55,030 nucleotides of DNA, taken from the NCBI GenBank assembly GCA_900617105.1, contig UYFQ01000582.1, positions 1 through 55,030 of the forward strand. The letters run 5' to 3'. Under the pieces are notes generated by a model. That model was not told the origin of the DNA. It saw only the letters and a program-made list of their open reading frames with translations, and ran no database searches. The DNA comes from Hydrurus foetidus (lineage: Eukaryota). Both the position numbers and the translations under genes were made by a program. Within the stretch, counting starts at the first letter, position 1. Every line of letters begins with the position of its first letter. Shown here in pieces: positions 13,282 to 26,976 of this stretch.

Positions 13282-16198
13282 CTAGTTGGGTTGGGAGGAC
13301 GTTGCTGACCCTGGTCGATGGAGATTGTGAGGAACTGGTATGGAGGATCTGTGATGCAATAAAAGGGGGGAGTGAGAGAGATGCAGTGAGAGAATGGTTC
13401 GCGTTTCGCATAGCGGCCATGTGTAGGTATCTATCTACGTTACCGAGGAATATGATATGATTCAATCCAACTCAAATCTAAGTGGTGCTCAGTGGAGGAG
13501 TACAGATATTAGCAGGATAGTGCAGAGCATCGCATTGTATTCATGCGGATTGTCGATAGCGAGGTATGACGACTATTGCGGACACACCACACCACTCCAC
13601 ACACGCGCACCTTTCGAGAAGGTCTCTCAGAATGTCCTTATTATCCCAAGTCATCTTATCCTTATCAGTAGCACTGTCTGTCTCCTTCCCACTCCCCCTC
13701 TGCTTCCTTCCCTCCTTCTCTTTCCTTCCCTCCTTCTCTTTCCTTCCCTTATTCGCATCAACATCCTTAGAGTCGCACTTCCTGACTTGCCCTTCAAGGT
13801 CGCTGCTTGGACCCTGGATCCGATCATGCCCACTGCTGACAGTGGGTTGTCTCGAACACACAGGGGAGAAGATGTCGTTCATGAGAGAAAAGGTTCGTGG
13901 ACCCACAAATTGAGAATTGGATCTAAAACTTTGTCCGGAATCTGAGAGAGAGTCATGAGGGGCTTGTACTGTGGAGGTAATAATACCTCCCCTCATTTTC
14001 CTGTCTACTATGTAACCGGTATCAACGGAACTGATAGAGGAGTTCCGACCACTGTTGGTGTTCATCGCATTGTCAGAGATGTTCTCCTCTGTGGGAGTCA
14101 TGGGAGGAGGGGGCGGAGGAGGAGGAGGGGTAGATACTTTAGATGATGCTACGATGTGCGTGTTGTCATCCGTAGCATGCACAGGAGATGCAAATGTCTC
14201 AGCAATAGCGACAGAAGTGGGCTTCATGTCACTCTCATGTTTAGTCTGAGTGGGATGCAGACCAAGATCTCCATCCAAATTATCGATATTGGTATTAGTA
14301 CCGCTGGTCCCACTGCCCGCATGCTCTACAGTGGCTGGAACGCTGACACTAGTGCTGATAATAGTATTGGTACTGTCATTGTCACGAGGGCTTCTCGAGA
14401 TTGAGGGGATGTGTCCTCTGTCCGACTGCACCGAGGAGCATTGAGACGATCGGCTGTAGCTGTTATCATAGTCAGAAATAGAGATAGGGAGAGCGGACGG
14501 GTAGGGCGTCAGAGGGACCTTGGATCTGTCGATTCCATCCTCATCCTCATCCTCATGTTGGTCCCTGTCCATCCCTTTCCCCTCTCCCTTCCCTTTCTCT
14601 TTGTCTTCTCCTTTCTCTTTTCCTTCCTCTTCCCCTTTCCCTTTCTCTTTCCCCTTCCCCTTAGCCGATGCAGAGAGTTCTTCAGCGACCTCATGCATTT
14701 CGGAGAGACTAAGGCGTCTGTTGTGAGCAGTGATGACCGCACCTTTCACCTCCCTGTGCTTCTCCTTGAAGTCCTCTCCACTCATGTCACCACTATCACT
14801 ATCGTGACTGTCACTAACAGGTCCAGCATTGTCAAATGCAGTGGAGCGATCATTGTCAGAGAAGTGCTGACTACCCTCATCCTCACCCTCATCTCCGAAC
14901 TCATCATCATCGTATCCACCTTCACTGCCATCCCCTTCATCTTCAATACTGGACCATCCGCTACCATCTACATCGTCACATCCCCTATCGTCACTCAGTA
15001 CAGCACTGCTGCTAGATGGAAAGGGAGAGAAGGAAGGAGCGATGGCGATGCTTGGTCCCACTCCAACTCTATCCGAGATGGGATTAAGAGAATGTATTTG
15101 GGTCTGCGTGTGCGTGTCGGGGGTGTATGGGCCTTGGCACAGAGAACGGGACGGGCCGGTGAGGGTCCCCGTGCTAGTGGAGAAGTCGTCACTCTGATGT
15201 CCATAATTGGTATAACTCTCATCGAAATTAGGAGTGGACATACCCTCTACAGGTTCTTCCATTTCGAATCCTTTATTTAGATGGTGATTCGGATATTCCT
15301 GAGGAGGGAAGATGTTCCTATCTCCCAGACTTATTGGGCGCTTCTCAGAATGAGATCCAAGATCCGGTACAGTCCTAAGAATTTCTTGGAATCGCTCCGA
15401 TGACGCAGAATCGGTTCCGACTTTGGGAAATACAAATCCGTGTTCTTTGTAACGGGCAATGATGGACTCGATGCTCTCTCCCTTCTCCTTTCCTCTCTCT
15501 CTGTCGTCTTCCTCAACATCAGGGCATGTCACATCATCGATACCAGCAAGATGTTTCCCCTGCACACCTTCAGCTATTCCCTGAAGTATAAGAAACATGG
15601 CGATCCTATCGGTAAGAGCTGTGTTCTATCAAGGTCTCAACAACTCGATTGGAAGTCCAACACGGATGCGAAGCAGTTTGGATGCATCAACGAGACTTAC
15701 ACTAACACCATTTCTGTGAAAATAACGTGGCCAATATGAGCGACAAGAAAGACGTCATCAATAATCGTCAGTGTTCACCTTGTGACGCAACGTGTCAGCT
15801 CTCGTAGGTGTCATGGGAGGGAGAACGATTGAGGTGTGAATGTGAGTCTTGGCGACTGGTGGTGCGACACCTCGAGAGACAGAGACAGAGGGAGAGGGGG
15901 AAAGCGATGATTGTACTCTTGCTCTGTGACTCACAACACCCTCCCTGTCCCTGTTCGTGTCCATGTCGCGTCCTAACACCTCTCTGTCTCCCCCATACGC
16001 GTCACCTCTGTGCCTACTGCTCGTGCTGTCTCCATCCGCCTTCCTCTCACCCCTTCCCTCTTCTTTCAGAACATTCCGCATGTTCAGATTCTTCAATTGA
16101 AACTTCTCGAGGTTATCAGCAATACTGTCATTTTGAATTTTCCCTTCATGGGATTTTGGAATGTAAGGTTGAGCTTCAAGTGGCGATTGAGATTCCAT
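13282..16198 (-). CDS. Large low-complexity, probably disordered protein of unknown function (acidic tracts, KGKG repeats, poly-Pro)
   Basis: ATG 16198; exons 16198-15779 and 15580-13611 join in phase with GT-AG; probable last exon ~13348-13282; 685-codon open frame supports coding. Confidence 0.65.
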
Positions 16199-16219
16199 CC
16201 TTCGGTTCAAGTTTCTCAG

Positions 16220-16335
16220 TAGAGAGGACTGAGGGGGGTCCCGTCCAGCCGGGGCCGTCTCGGTCTCAGAAGGGAGGCCGGGCCCGGGACAGGAAATTGG
16301 ACCGGTCCTGGAATTTGGCCCGGGGCCCGGGCGGT
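16220..16335. mobile_element. GC-rich probable hAT-like transposon end fragment
   Basis: Begins TAGAGAGG (TAGAG as in two other termini in the window), followed by clustered GGCCCGGG/GGACCGG motifs; no partner TIR found. Confidence 0.3.
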
Positions 16336-16673
16336 GGAAGGAGAAGTTACTAAACTACAAAAAATAATTCTTTAGAAATCAATCAGTGACAACAGTAATA
16401 CTCATGTACATATATCATGATATAGATACATTGTGCGTGTAAAATTCATGCACATTAAAAAGGGAGAAATGCAGTCACATGGAGATAAACGCAGTCACAG
16501 CTCGGAGTGGAATCGAACAATGTAACGTAGCCCAGCAGTGATGCAACAAGTTGCCATGCTTATGCCGGTGTGAGTTGATTCGAGTTTCTCTCATGTAGGC
16601 AGCGCGATGGATTGAAGGATGGTTGGATGGAGTTAAAATGGAGCATGAAATGGAGTGTGTCGGTGTGTGGTGA

Positions 16674-19049
16674 TCACCTTCTCAGATTGTCTGTGCGACC
16701 CACTGAGGATTGGGAAGGGGTCAGGGCGTACGCATCAGGGTGGCCTGGACCCTGTCCCACTGCTTGCACTGGGGCTATCATGGGGGTGGTTACGGTGTAT
16801 GGCTTGTGCTTGGACCTGTAGATAGGAGAGCTCTGGTCGATGGTGTGCACACCGTTATCGGCATTGCTACTGATGCTCTCGTTCCTCCTCCTGGTCACCA
16901 ACCCCTGTTCCTCCCCCGAGAGCCTCCTCGCAGCCCCCATATCCGCTGCTCCTGCGTACATGGGGTTCACGAACACAACAGCGCCGTCATCGTCATCATT
17001 GCTGCTGCCGCTGTGACTGGCTATGCCTCCCACTGCAATGCCTCTCAGCGCTCCTTGACTGGAGTGCATGGGGTTGGAGAAAGCAACCGCACCATTCAGC
17101 GACACCGCTCCCTTCTTCACACTCCCAGAACCCGATACAGGTGGAATAGGGGGTGCTGCATTGCCCAGTAGACCCCGCCCTCCGAACCCGTCCGGACCGA
17201 CCGAAATCAGTGTGGAGTACATGCCCTTGCCGACTACCGCGTCGTTGGAGATGTCCAGAGCGCGCCTCTCTACGTCCCAGTCCCTATCCCTGTCTGCTGA
17301 TTCGCTCCTGTGCGTTTACACCACATTCAATGTAGTCAATTTATTTGATGGTGTCAGTAGAGTGCGAGCAACGAGGACAGAACAGGTTGTTGATTCAATT
17401 GAATCTCCATAACCAGTATTCCGTTAAACAAACGGATAAACAACACTGCTTATATTCCACCACTCGTTGTCACTCCCTCATGTGTCTCACCTGAGACTGA
17501 GCAGTTCTGTGTGCAATTCGTTTCTGCTCCTCTGCACGGATTCGAGCAGAACTTGGGTGCGCTTTAATTGTTCCTATCGGAGACAAGAAGAACAGACAGA
17601 GATGTGCAGAGGAAGAGTCGGGATAGCGTTGGTGAAGGGGGACAGAAAGAGTGACGAAGTTGTGGAAGAAGAGGAGCGTGATAACGACAGATCAAGAAGT
17701 TGCTGACGCGAAAGGTGAGATGAAGCGAGGTAAGAAAGGATAGGGTAAGTAAATGTGATAGGGTGCATTCGGACAAGGCACACACAGTGTGAGATCAGAT
17801 GAGAGAAGATCAGTGGATGTCAGAGGGCATTGATTTACCTGATATTTGGAGACTGCATCCACCAGAGCAGCGAAGTCCGTCTCTTGCTTTTTCTTTTCTT
17901 CCCCAGCCATCTCAGCAAACTGGTACAAGAAAAAAGATGGAGAGGCAATGAGGACAGATGGTGAGGAAAAGAGAAGGAAAAATGAGGCGGTGGACAGGAA
18001 GTGAAGAGAGAGTGGGGTGTAGTGTGGTGTGTTGCAGAGGGATATGGAAGTGAGTTTGTGGAGGACAGGGAATAGGAACAGAGAAAGGGAGAGAAGATAC
18101 AGGAGTAATCATGTCATGAACACTAAGAGTAGAGAGGTAGCAGACATGACGGTCATCATCGCTGTGAGCAGGTGTCTCGACACAGTGCAGCATCATGTTG
18201 TGCAGTACAGTGTGACGTACAGTACGTACCTGTTGGGACAGGTTCTTCAACTCGTTGAAGTCTCTCTGTGTGGCGGCTATTCTCTCTTCCGCCCTAAGGA
18301 GCTCCACCTGTGAAGAGGTAGAGAAGATGAGAAGAGGTAGAGAAAGAAGGAGAGGAGGTGGAGAAGGAATGCCATGCAGTACATGTACTATGTGTGGTGT
18401 TGCTGAATTCGCATATGACATGACACAACATGACATGAAGGCATCACTGACAGACTTCACATGGGGCGCCTTTTCCTTCCCTTTGAAAGGGCAGCACTGT
18501 TCTAAATATTGAACAATAGCCAAGAATAAAGATCTGGAATATAGGTCCAGGATCCCTGATCTCGTTTCTTACCTGGGCATCGTCATAGCTCTTCGTGATT
18601 TTCTTTTTTTCTGCTGTCAGTAGTTCTGATAGGACGGAAGTAAAATAAAGTGATAAGATAGATAGAGTGAGCCGCAATGTGATAATAGAGGAGTTGAGGA
18701 GGCGATGTAAGGAGAGAAGATCAGGATATGAATGAATAGTAGAATGGATAGGAGCCGCTGAGGGCGGTTGAGGCAGTGAGGAGAAAAGACGCATGCACCA
18801 TGTCAGCCCCATTTGTGAACCTGTGTCGGTCTCATTCCATCTCGGCTACAGTAAACAGCACTACACGATCACATACATGCTGCATTTCATTTTACCGTTT
18901 TGGCTGAGGGCGGATTTGAGACTGTCCCCCATGACACGGGCTTTTTCTTCGGAGAGATTTTTCAAGGAAAAAATGTCGCTGGACAGACCGGCTATCTCGC
19001 TCTGTCGGGGAAGAGAGAGGGATAGAGAGAAGGAGGGAGAGGGAGAAGA

Positions 19050-19094
<45 letters not shown>

Positions 19095-22000
19095 TGGAGA
19101 GAGAAGAAGAGGGAGGGAGGGAGAAATGGAGTGAAAGAGAGAAGGGATGTGGTGTGGTGGAGTAGGAGAGGTAGTTGCGAGCAGTAAAGATCGAGTGAAG
19201 CAGGAAAGATATGTTGGTAGATAAAAGAGGTGAGTCAAACATGATGAACTTCAACAAGAGAGAGTACTTGACGGACGGAGCTGGAGGGTGGTAGAGCAGC
19301 TGCGCGCTAGCCAGCTGATAAGAGAGACTACAACACAAGAGCTCATAGCACTCTACATTACATTGCAGTATGCTGGTGTATACCTGTAGGGTGACATTCT
19401 GCCTGACGAGAGCATCCACTCGTTTTTCATGTATTTCAGTAAGGTCGGAAGTTCCGTGTTTCTGATCCTCTAGTGCTTCAGTGACCACTGACAGCTGAGT
19501 CAGCAGACCTATCAAACCGTACCGCACAGTTCATGGGGGAAGGGTGTGGGAGATAGGGAGGGAGGGTCAGAGAGGGAGAGAGAGAGTGAGAGAGTGAGGT
19601 ATACACAAAGTGTAAAATTTGCATGAAATGACTTAGTGTAAGGTCATGAGAGGGAAAGTGTGCATGATAGTGGAGCAGGTGGGTTTTGTCAAGTGATGAT
19701 GTCTAACTGGCTGGACTAGGTGAGAGAAAAAGGGTTGCGTTCTTGTCTACTTGTCACTCCTATCTATATTTGCTGCATTGCACTGTACTGTACTGTACTG
19801 TACGTTACCTGATTGATGGGAGCTGAGCAGCTCTCTCTCTTGCTGGATGGAGAACAGCTGAGAGTGACAGGGGGTGCAATGGGTTGAGGTTATATGAAGG
19901 CAATTGGTCGAGAGAAAGAGAAAGTGCTGAAGGAAGTCGAAGAAGAAGGAAGATAATACGGCATCTCCAGCAATCCAGTATAAATACACGCGTCACTCAG
20001 GACGTACAGGCAAACACAATGACAGCATCCGAGGCATCACGTCCATCACAGTGCAGTGCAGTACAGTACACCTCTCCTCCTCTCACCTCTTGTTGGGAGG
20101 ACTGCAACACGTACGCTGCTTCGTCGTACTTCCTCTTCATGTCTGCGAGCTCTTCGTCTTTCCGCTCCATCTCCTCACACAGAGTATGTGCGGTCTCGTG
20201 CTGTGATTTGAACTTGATGGCGACACTCTTGAACGCGTTGGTAACCTCAGACCCATAGCCTAGAGGACAGGGGAGGCACGGGGAGTGCAGGTGACATGGA
20301 GAGGGGAGGAGTGCAGTTGAGGGGTAGGAGTGATGAGTGCGTAGTACAATGATTCGGATGACTGTGCGATGCAGTGTGATATGTCATCACATCTCATAAC
20401 ATGGTAGGACACGTTACTCCCTCGACAGTAGTACTTGTACGTACGGTGCGGTAAAGCGCATACCTTCGAATGGAGCCAACATGGGGCACGATCGTGTGTG
20501 CCCTGTAGGGACCCTGGACCCAGACGGGCTCTGATTCTGATTTGACACCGAACTGGCCCCGGTACCCATGTTCGTCCCCTTGCCCCCCACTCCCACTGCA
20601 GATGCTCTGCGGGGACTGGACCCAGACCCGTTGACTCTAGTATCCGACCTGGTGGGTGTGTGCACTGAGGAAGGGGTGGACGGGCCCGAACCCTTTAACT
20701 CATGCAGCATGGCGCACAGCCTCTGCTGCTGCACTGCTAGGAGAGTCACTTTCTCGCTGCTCTCCCTTGCGAACTCTCCGATATAGCGAACGGACGCTTT
20801 GATGGTGGTCAGTACGGACACAAAGTGATCGCCTGCAGAGAGGGTATGACAATCAATATATTATAATTGCTACCCACGTGATTACCACAGTGCATTTCAA
20901 GATGGTGGTACGTGAAGCAATCAACAGATGAGTAGCCATGTGATATTTGACCAATCGCTTCAATAGATGTGTCCACATTCTGGACGAACATCACAACTGA
21001 TGATGGCAGCAGGACTCTGGGCTTACGCATTCCGCACTGTCACACGACAGCGTTGCGACAGCAGCATCGTCGCGTTCGGACTCATCGTAAACACACACAC
21101 ACACTTGTTGGATACACAACCACCTACGCCCTGATCTGATACACACACGTGAAACTTTAAGGAGAAGCACACCTTTACATGCACGTCCTCCAAAATAACA
21201 CACACGCATACATCCTCCTAACACTCACGCACGCACCTGTGTAGGACATAGCGGCTCTCTCCACTGCCATTTTCTCTGCACTCTCTCTCTGCGCTTGTTC
21301 AGCATCTTCGGCAACAGCCCTACAGGCCCTCTTCAACTCCTCATTCTCCCTCTCAAGCGCCCTGTCAACCACAGAGCGAAGCATGGTAGCGGAGGACATC
21401 GCGATAGTTTGCAATTAGTCAACAGGCTAGTAGGTGGGTAGGCAGAGAGAGGAAATGCTTCTCATAGAAGCAATGTCAGGGACAGACAATCAAGACATGA
21501 TGCGATACGATGCGATAGATGGAGTAGCATGCAGACCGTTCCTTCCGGTCTAAGATTTGATTTTGCGTGTTTCTCAGCACTATACTTCTGTACTGTACAT
21601 CGCGTACGAATCTCTCATCTCAGATCCATAGGAGTGATCTTGGATGTAATGAAATGAAGAAAGATATGGGAGACTGACGTACTTGATGACGAGTAAATCG
21701 ACCGCTTTAGCGTCCGCACTCAGTTCTTCTTTGTGCAAGGAGATCTCTCTTTGCTGGCTGAGAATCAATTGCAGCTCAGTGACCTGTGTGTGTGTACGAG
21801 AGAGGGGAGATAGTAAAGAGATGGGTATTGACGAGGTTGTTTCATGCTTCCCAAATATCACGATAAGTGTGTGATAGAGATATGCAAGTTGTGCGTATTG
21901 TCAAAAAAGAGTGAGCTGTGACAGAAGAGGAGTGAAGAAGAGAGGAGGTCAGTGCTGGACATGAGGAGCAATGAGAGAGAAGGGTTTCTCACAGGAAATG

Positions 22001-25000
22001 TAGAAGAAGAAGTGCGAAGGAAGATGAGCACTGTTTCGTGAAGGCTCAACATGATCGGATAACATAGATAAGTCAAGTTATGTGTCACCTGGGCGAGCAT
22101 TTCCGAGATCTGAGTTTCGTGCGACTCTCTCTCTGCAGACAATCTGCATACATGGCGAACAGTGACGTTAAGTTCGAGAGGGAGAAAGAAAGGGAGGGAC
22201 TAAGAAAGAGAGGGACAGAGAAAAGGAGAGAGAGAGTGACGATGATGGTGTTCCATATAATTGCAGAGAGTTAAACGGCCTATAGACAACACTGTCAGAG
22301 TTAGACCGTTCCTCACGCGTCTAAGTTCTGGGTTTTTTAAGCCAAAATCTCAGAACTTGGTTTTCTCACAACTCGAAAAGTAAGAAAAACGCCTATTTAC
22401 TATTTTCTATTTTCTCACTATCCGAGTTGTGAGAAAACCAAGTCCTGAAATTTTGGCTTAAAAAAAACCAGAACTCAGACGCGCAAGGAACGGCCTTAGT
22501 CGTTTATCCGGCTCAACTGCACTCTACTTCACTTCCCTCCACTAATAAATTCAATACAACTCGATGTAACGTGTGTACGAACAGCACGCACTTGGTGGTT
22601 TCTTGCAGCATATCTGCCTGCGCTTTTTCTGCTAATTTTTCTCTCTGCACCAAGTGTTGCTCGCTCCATACACGCAGCAACCTATGCATAACAGGGACGG
22701 AAGTGCGAGTGAGTCAGATGAAGGGACGGAGCTTGAATGAAATGATGGAGATTGGAATAGAGGTGACGTGTTGTCAGAATTCAGAAATAGAATTGTGTTA
22801 CTTCTCATGCAATTGTGGTGTGTAAGTACGCATGAAAGGATGTAACGTACACTTCCAGTTCTTGGACTCTACTCTCCAATGCAGCGATCTGTGTAGTAGC
22901 GGACATCGAGCAGAAGGGTGAAAGAGATTAGATGAGGATGGAGTGGACGAGATTGATGGATTTTGAGAGTTCATGTCGCATCGGAAGGAGGGAGATGCAA
23001 GAAAAGGACAGAAATTGCAGGGAGAGTCAGAGGGGCTAAGTGCAACAATAGAAAAAGGGAAGAAGGTGCGTTATCTTGCCTGCATCTGTGCGCTCTCGAG
23101 CTGCATGTCAGTTCCGGATAAGCGACTCTCGCTCTCTCTCAACTCCAGGACTTTGCAGCGAAGAAGTTCCTAATCAGAACGGAGCAGAGAAGAGCAAGGC
23201 AGAGAGAAGAGAAGGTGAGACATGATGAGATGAGAAATGTCCAGGTGACGATGGGAATCTGAGATAGTAAAGTATGAGGGATAGTCACTGAGAGGTACAG
23301 CTGCACTGCCAAACATACACACTCTCTTTCTCTGTCCCTCGCAGTCCATCAGTCAGTCAGTGTGTTTGATTAGGAGATCTGTGCACCTCTGTTTGCCTGA
23401 GTTTCGTCTCGGCATGAGCCGCCCCTTCGTGTCCCTTGGTCACTGCCAGCGATGTCTCTCGCTCACGCGCTGTGTATGTGTGTATAAGATAGACAGAGAA
23501 GGAAAGAGGGAGAGAGCAAGGAGGAGGAAGATAAAGATAGAATGAAACACAATGGGAGTGGTTGTCAGGCAACATCAGCACACTACGGTACCACTCGGAG
23601 CTCAGTCAAACAAGAATAGAGTTGCACTGAGCCCGGTGATGTGATGCTCAACGATCGGCAGTCCTCGTTCACCTGCAAGCGACTCGTTGACCTCCTCCCT
23701 CTCGACTAGCGCCACTCGACACTCTTGGTAACTGCGAGACAACTCCTGGAATCGAAGGTCCAGGGTCCGATTCTCCTTCGACAGCACTCCATTTTCCTTC
23801 GAGAAAAATGTTCAAGTTAATATCATTCTGTGAGGAGGTATCGGCTAAGGCGAGTCAGAGTGAGCTGCTGTCTAGATAAGCAGAAGGGAGATGACATGTG
23901 TGCGTACTTGTTGTTCTGCCTGCAGTCTCTCAGCGAGGTGTTCCACATGTTTGTGGTGCCGCAGATTCTCAGCGCGACTCTCTCTTAACTGTTCTTCGTA
24001 GCCTCCACAAGTCGTCTCTGTCTCCATCGCTGATGCTAATGGGATGTATAAGTCAGGAAAGGGGAAGGGTGATATGAGAGGTAAGACGGAGATGAGAGAA
24101 ATGGAGAGAGAGATGAGAGAGAAGAAGAAAAAGGGAGAGAGTGTGGGAGGAAGAGAAAGAACGGATGGGGTGGACAGGTGATGCCCGCGGGGTATAGGTG
24201 TTGGGAGTAGTGTGTGACAAGACAAGTAGCAGTGAGTTAACTGTTACTGTAAGATCAACGTGAGCTAACAACAGACCTTTCATTTTCTTCAGTGCGTTTT
24301 CGAGCAATTGAATGGATGTGATGTAGCCTGTGACGTCCTCTTTGTTTTTGTCCTTTTCGCAGGATAGCAAATTCTCGAGATCGTTCAATCTATACAGGGT
24401 GAAGAGAGATGAGAGAGGAAGACAAGGCAGGGAGTGAGGAGGAGGAGAGGGATAGATGTATGGGAGAAAATAGGAGAGGAGGGATGATGAACAAGGGGAT
24501 TAGAATGAAGGAGGTGACTAGGAAACACTTGAACTAGATCAACTTATGGCAGAGGCTACAGAATGAGACTGAGAGAGCGATGATCCGCACTTCTTAGCCT
24601 GCACTGAGGAACCTTCTTCAACACGCACTGACCGTCTTTTCTGTGCTTCCGCTTGTGCGCTGCAGCGAACAGCGCCAGCAGCCGCGCAGTATACCTCTAC
24701 GTATACGAGGGGGAGAGCAGGGGGAGTTAGAAAGCTTACGTATGCGAGCTTTTGAGAACAGTGTGCGATACCAGACATCAAATATCTAAATACGTCATCG
24801 ACTTCATTAATAGTACATGGTGACGAGGGACGCATGACAGCTGATGTCTGTACTAGGGTGCTGCTGTACCGACAACGGCATATCATTTATGCAGGATTAT
24901 GAATATCAGAACTGTACTCATATCATGCGCTACGCTGATACATGACTGAGTGGACGTGGGGCACGGCAAGGTACTGTACTTTTGCACTTTCACCTTCTTT

Positions 25001-25950
25001 GAGTTGTCTTGTCTCCCTGCAGTACTCCGCATTTCTCTCAGCAGCGCTGGCCAATTTCTTTTCAAGCAGCTGCGTCTGCTCCGAGCTGATGCGAAGAGCG
25101 GTGCGCAGCTGCACGATGTCGGATTCTAGGAAGTGGAACTTCTCATCGGAATCCACCCTGCTGCTCTCCAACACTTCCACCTTAGAACGCCAGAAAGAGA
25201 AACACGGTAAAATACTTACTCACAGAATGTGACCAAGAAATCTTGTCAGTGTAGGTGGTTCTTCCATAAATGCTTGAAAGTGCCAAGATTTAATCAAAAA
25301 AACGTTGTTCCGATAACAGACGTCGAGACTACACAAACGGGACACACAAGGTACGTCTATTATTATGTCCCAAGATAGGTTTGCATCACCTGTTCTAAAA
25401 GCGAAGTGTTGTAGTCCATTTGATTGCTGAGATTAAGTGCTAGAGCAGAAATATGCTCCCTCTCCCGGTCTGGAGGAATAGTACACGACAAGATGGAGGG
25501 ATAGGAAGGCGGATATGAATTGCTTCAAAAAACACAAATCTCATCAGATAATGCAGTCCACACAGAATCTTTCGACGTCATACGCTTCTATAGGAGCTGC
25601 ATTTGACTCAAATATTTCTACACGCCCGGTTTACGAGCTTACTTACCGAGTGATTTACCAGATGGGGTCAATTTAAAGCTGCCACCTCCTCCAGCTCTAC
25701 CCTCACCTGGACTATTGCGCACTGGACTATTGCGCGCTGGACTATTGCGCGCTGGACTATTGCGCACTGGACTATGTTTGGCCGACTTAATTTCTTGCCA
25801 GGTAAAGTTTACAGGCGACATGGGTTCACTTTTCATACCCATCATGTTGGTCGATGTGTCAAGATTACTAGTTTCGTTGTCATCACAGGTGGACCATGAT
25901 TCCATTAGACGGCGCTTCAATTTCTCGATGGTTTCGGAATTGGATGCCAT
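16674..25950 (-). CDS. Long multi-exon coiled-coil protein of unknown function
   Basis: ATG 25950; many short E/K/Q/L-rich heptad exons (e.g. LSKENRTLDLRFQELSRSYQECR, ALERENEELKRACRAVAEDAEQAQRE, EQLKRTQVLLESVQRSRNELHTELL); final exon from ~17308 splices in frame to stop at 16674. Not every internal junction was checked. Confidence 0.8.
21535..21560. mobile_element. Degenerate remnant of the 22304 MITE family terminus
   Basis: GACCGTTCCTTCCGGTCTAAGATTTG resembles GACCGTTCCTCACGCGTCTAAGTTCTG at 22304. Confidence 0.35.
22304..22495. mobile_element. 192-bp PIF/Harbinger (Tourist-like) MITE with TTA TSD, intronic
   Basis: TTA|GACCGTTCC... ~72-bp imperfect inverted arms ...GGAACGGCC|TTA. Confidence 0.85.
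25707..25775 (-). repeat. Coding 15-nt tandem repeat encoding (RNSP[AV])n
   Basis: CTGGACTATTGCGC(A/G) x ~4.6 on + strand; protein KHSPVRNSPARNSPARNSPVRNSPG. Confidence 0.9.
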
Positions 25951-26976
25951 TTTTCAGTTGAAAATGTTGATTTTGAGAAGTTCTTCGTGCTGCAAGAGCT
26001 TGGTGGTGGTGAGAAGTATCAGTTGTGTGGAGTGTTGAGTGTTGAAGATCGCGGAAAAGTGAGGAAGATGTCCGCTCTTACTCCGGAGTTGCGGTCGGCT
26101 GTAAGTCTCAAACCCCGATTGTAAATCTCAGTGATGCAATCTACATCCAAGTATGGGAAGCTGTAATGCACCGAATCTAAGTCATGTGCATGAGAAGAGA
26201 CTGACCGATCACTTATCAGTCAATCTCAACGTCGATTTTCAAAAAAGTAAACGGTTTTAGACCTAGGGTTCGCAGATCGCACCCTCGATTCATTCTCAGT
26301 CAGCGGGTTGCGGTCTGGAGTCTGGACGCGTACGTCAGCGAGTATTTACTTGAAGAGATAATTTGCTAAGTTAAATCATTGTTCTCAGTATTCTGCTGCT
26401 GCCAAATAAACGGACGTTCGTGACTTCCGTTGATCGCATGATACATATCTATCTCTTACTTTGACCCTATACATGACTTCCTGCGAAACCTCTACATATT
26501 ATTGCCTGAAAAAAATCCATACCTGCTACTCCAATTATATCCGATACTGTAGAGTTATCTCCTGTCTGTAGTGACCAGCATCCTAACAATCGGATACCAC
26601 TTAATTTTCGCTATTGACGATGAGCGGTGGCCGGATACTGGATGCTGCCTAATATTTTCTAAAATAATAATCGCAAGCGATTATGCGACATGGGATAGAC
26701 TGTGATTAAAAGGCGCTCAGAAAAACGGATGGGTGGTGATTTTCCGTCGAGAGGAAAGAATTTTTGTCGTAGAATTAGGTGGTAAGTCTGGTACTGATGC
26801 TGACGGTGAGAGCTACTTGATCCAAGATTTTTACGTCGTACTCCTTAAGAATCGACAATATTACTCCGGATGGTGTTATAGTGAATTCACGATATGACAG
26901 CAGACGCAAATGAAATGAGAAACGTGACTTCAGTATACGTCAGCCACCACTACTGTACGTATGTTACGCTTGGATA

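Noticed and set aside
13566..15280. Long plus-strand ORFs antisense to the acidic protein
   Set aside because: Shadow ORFs of low-complexity coding sequence on the minus strand.
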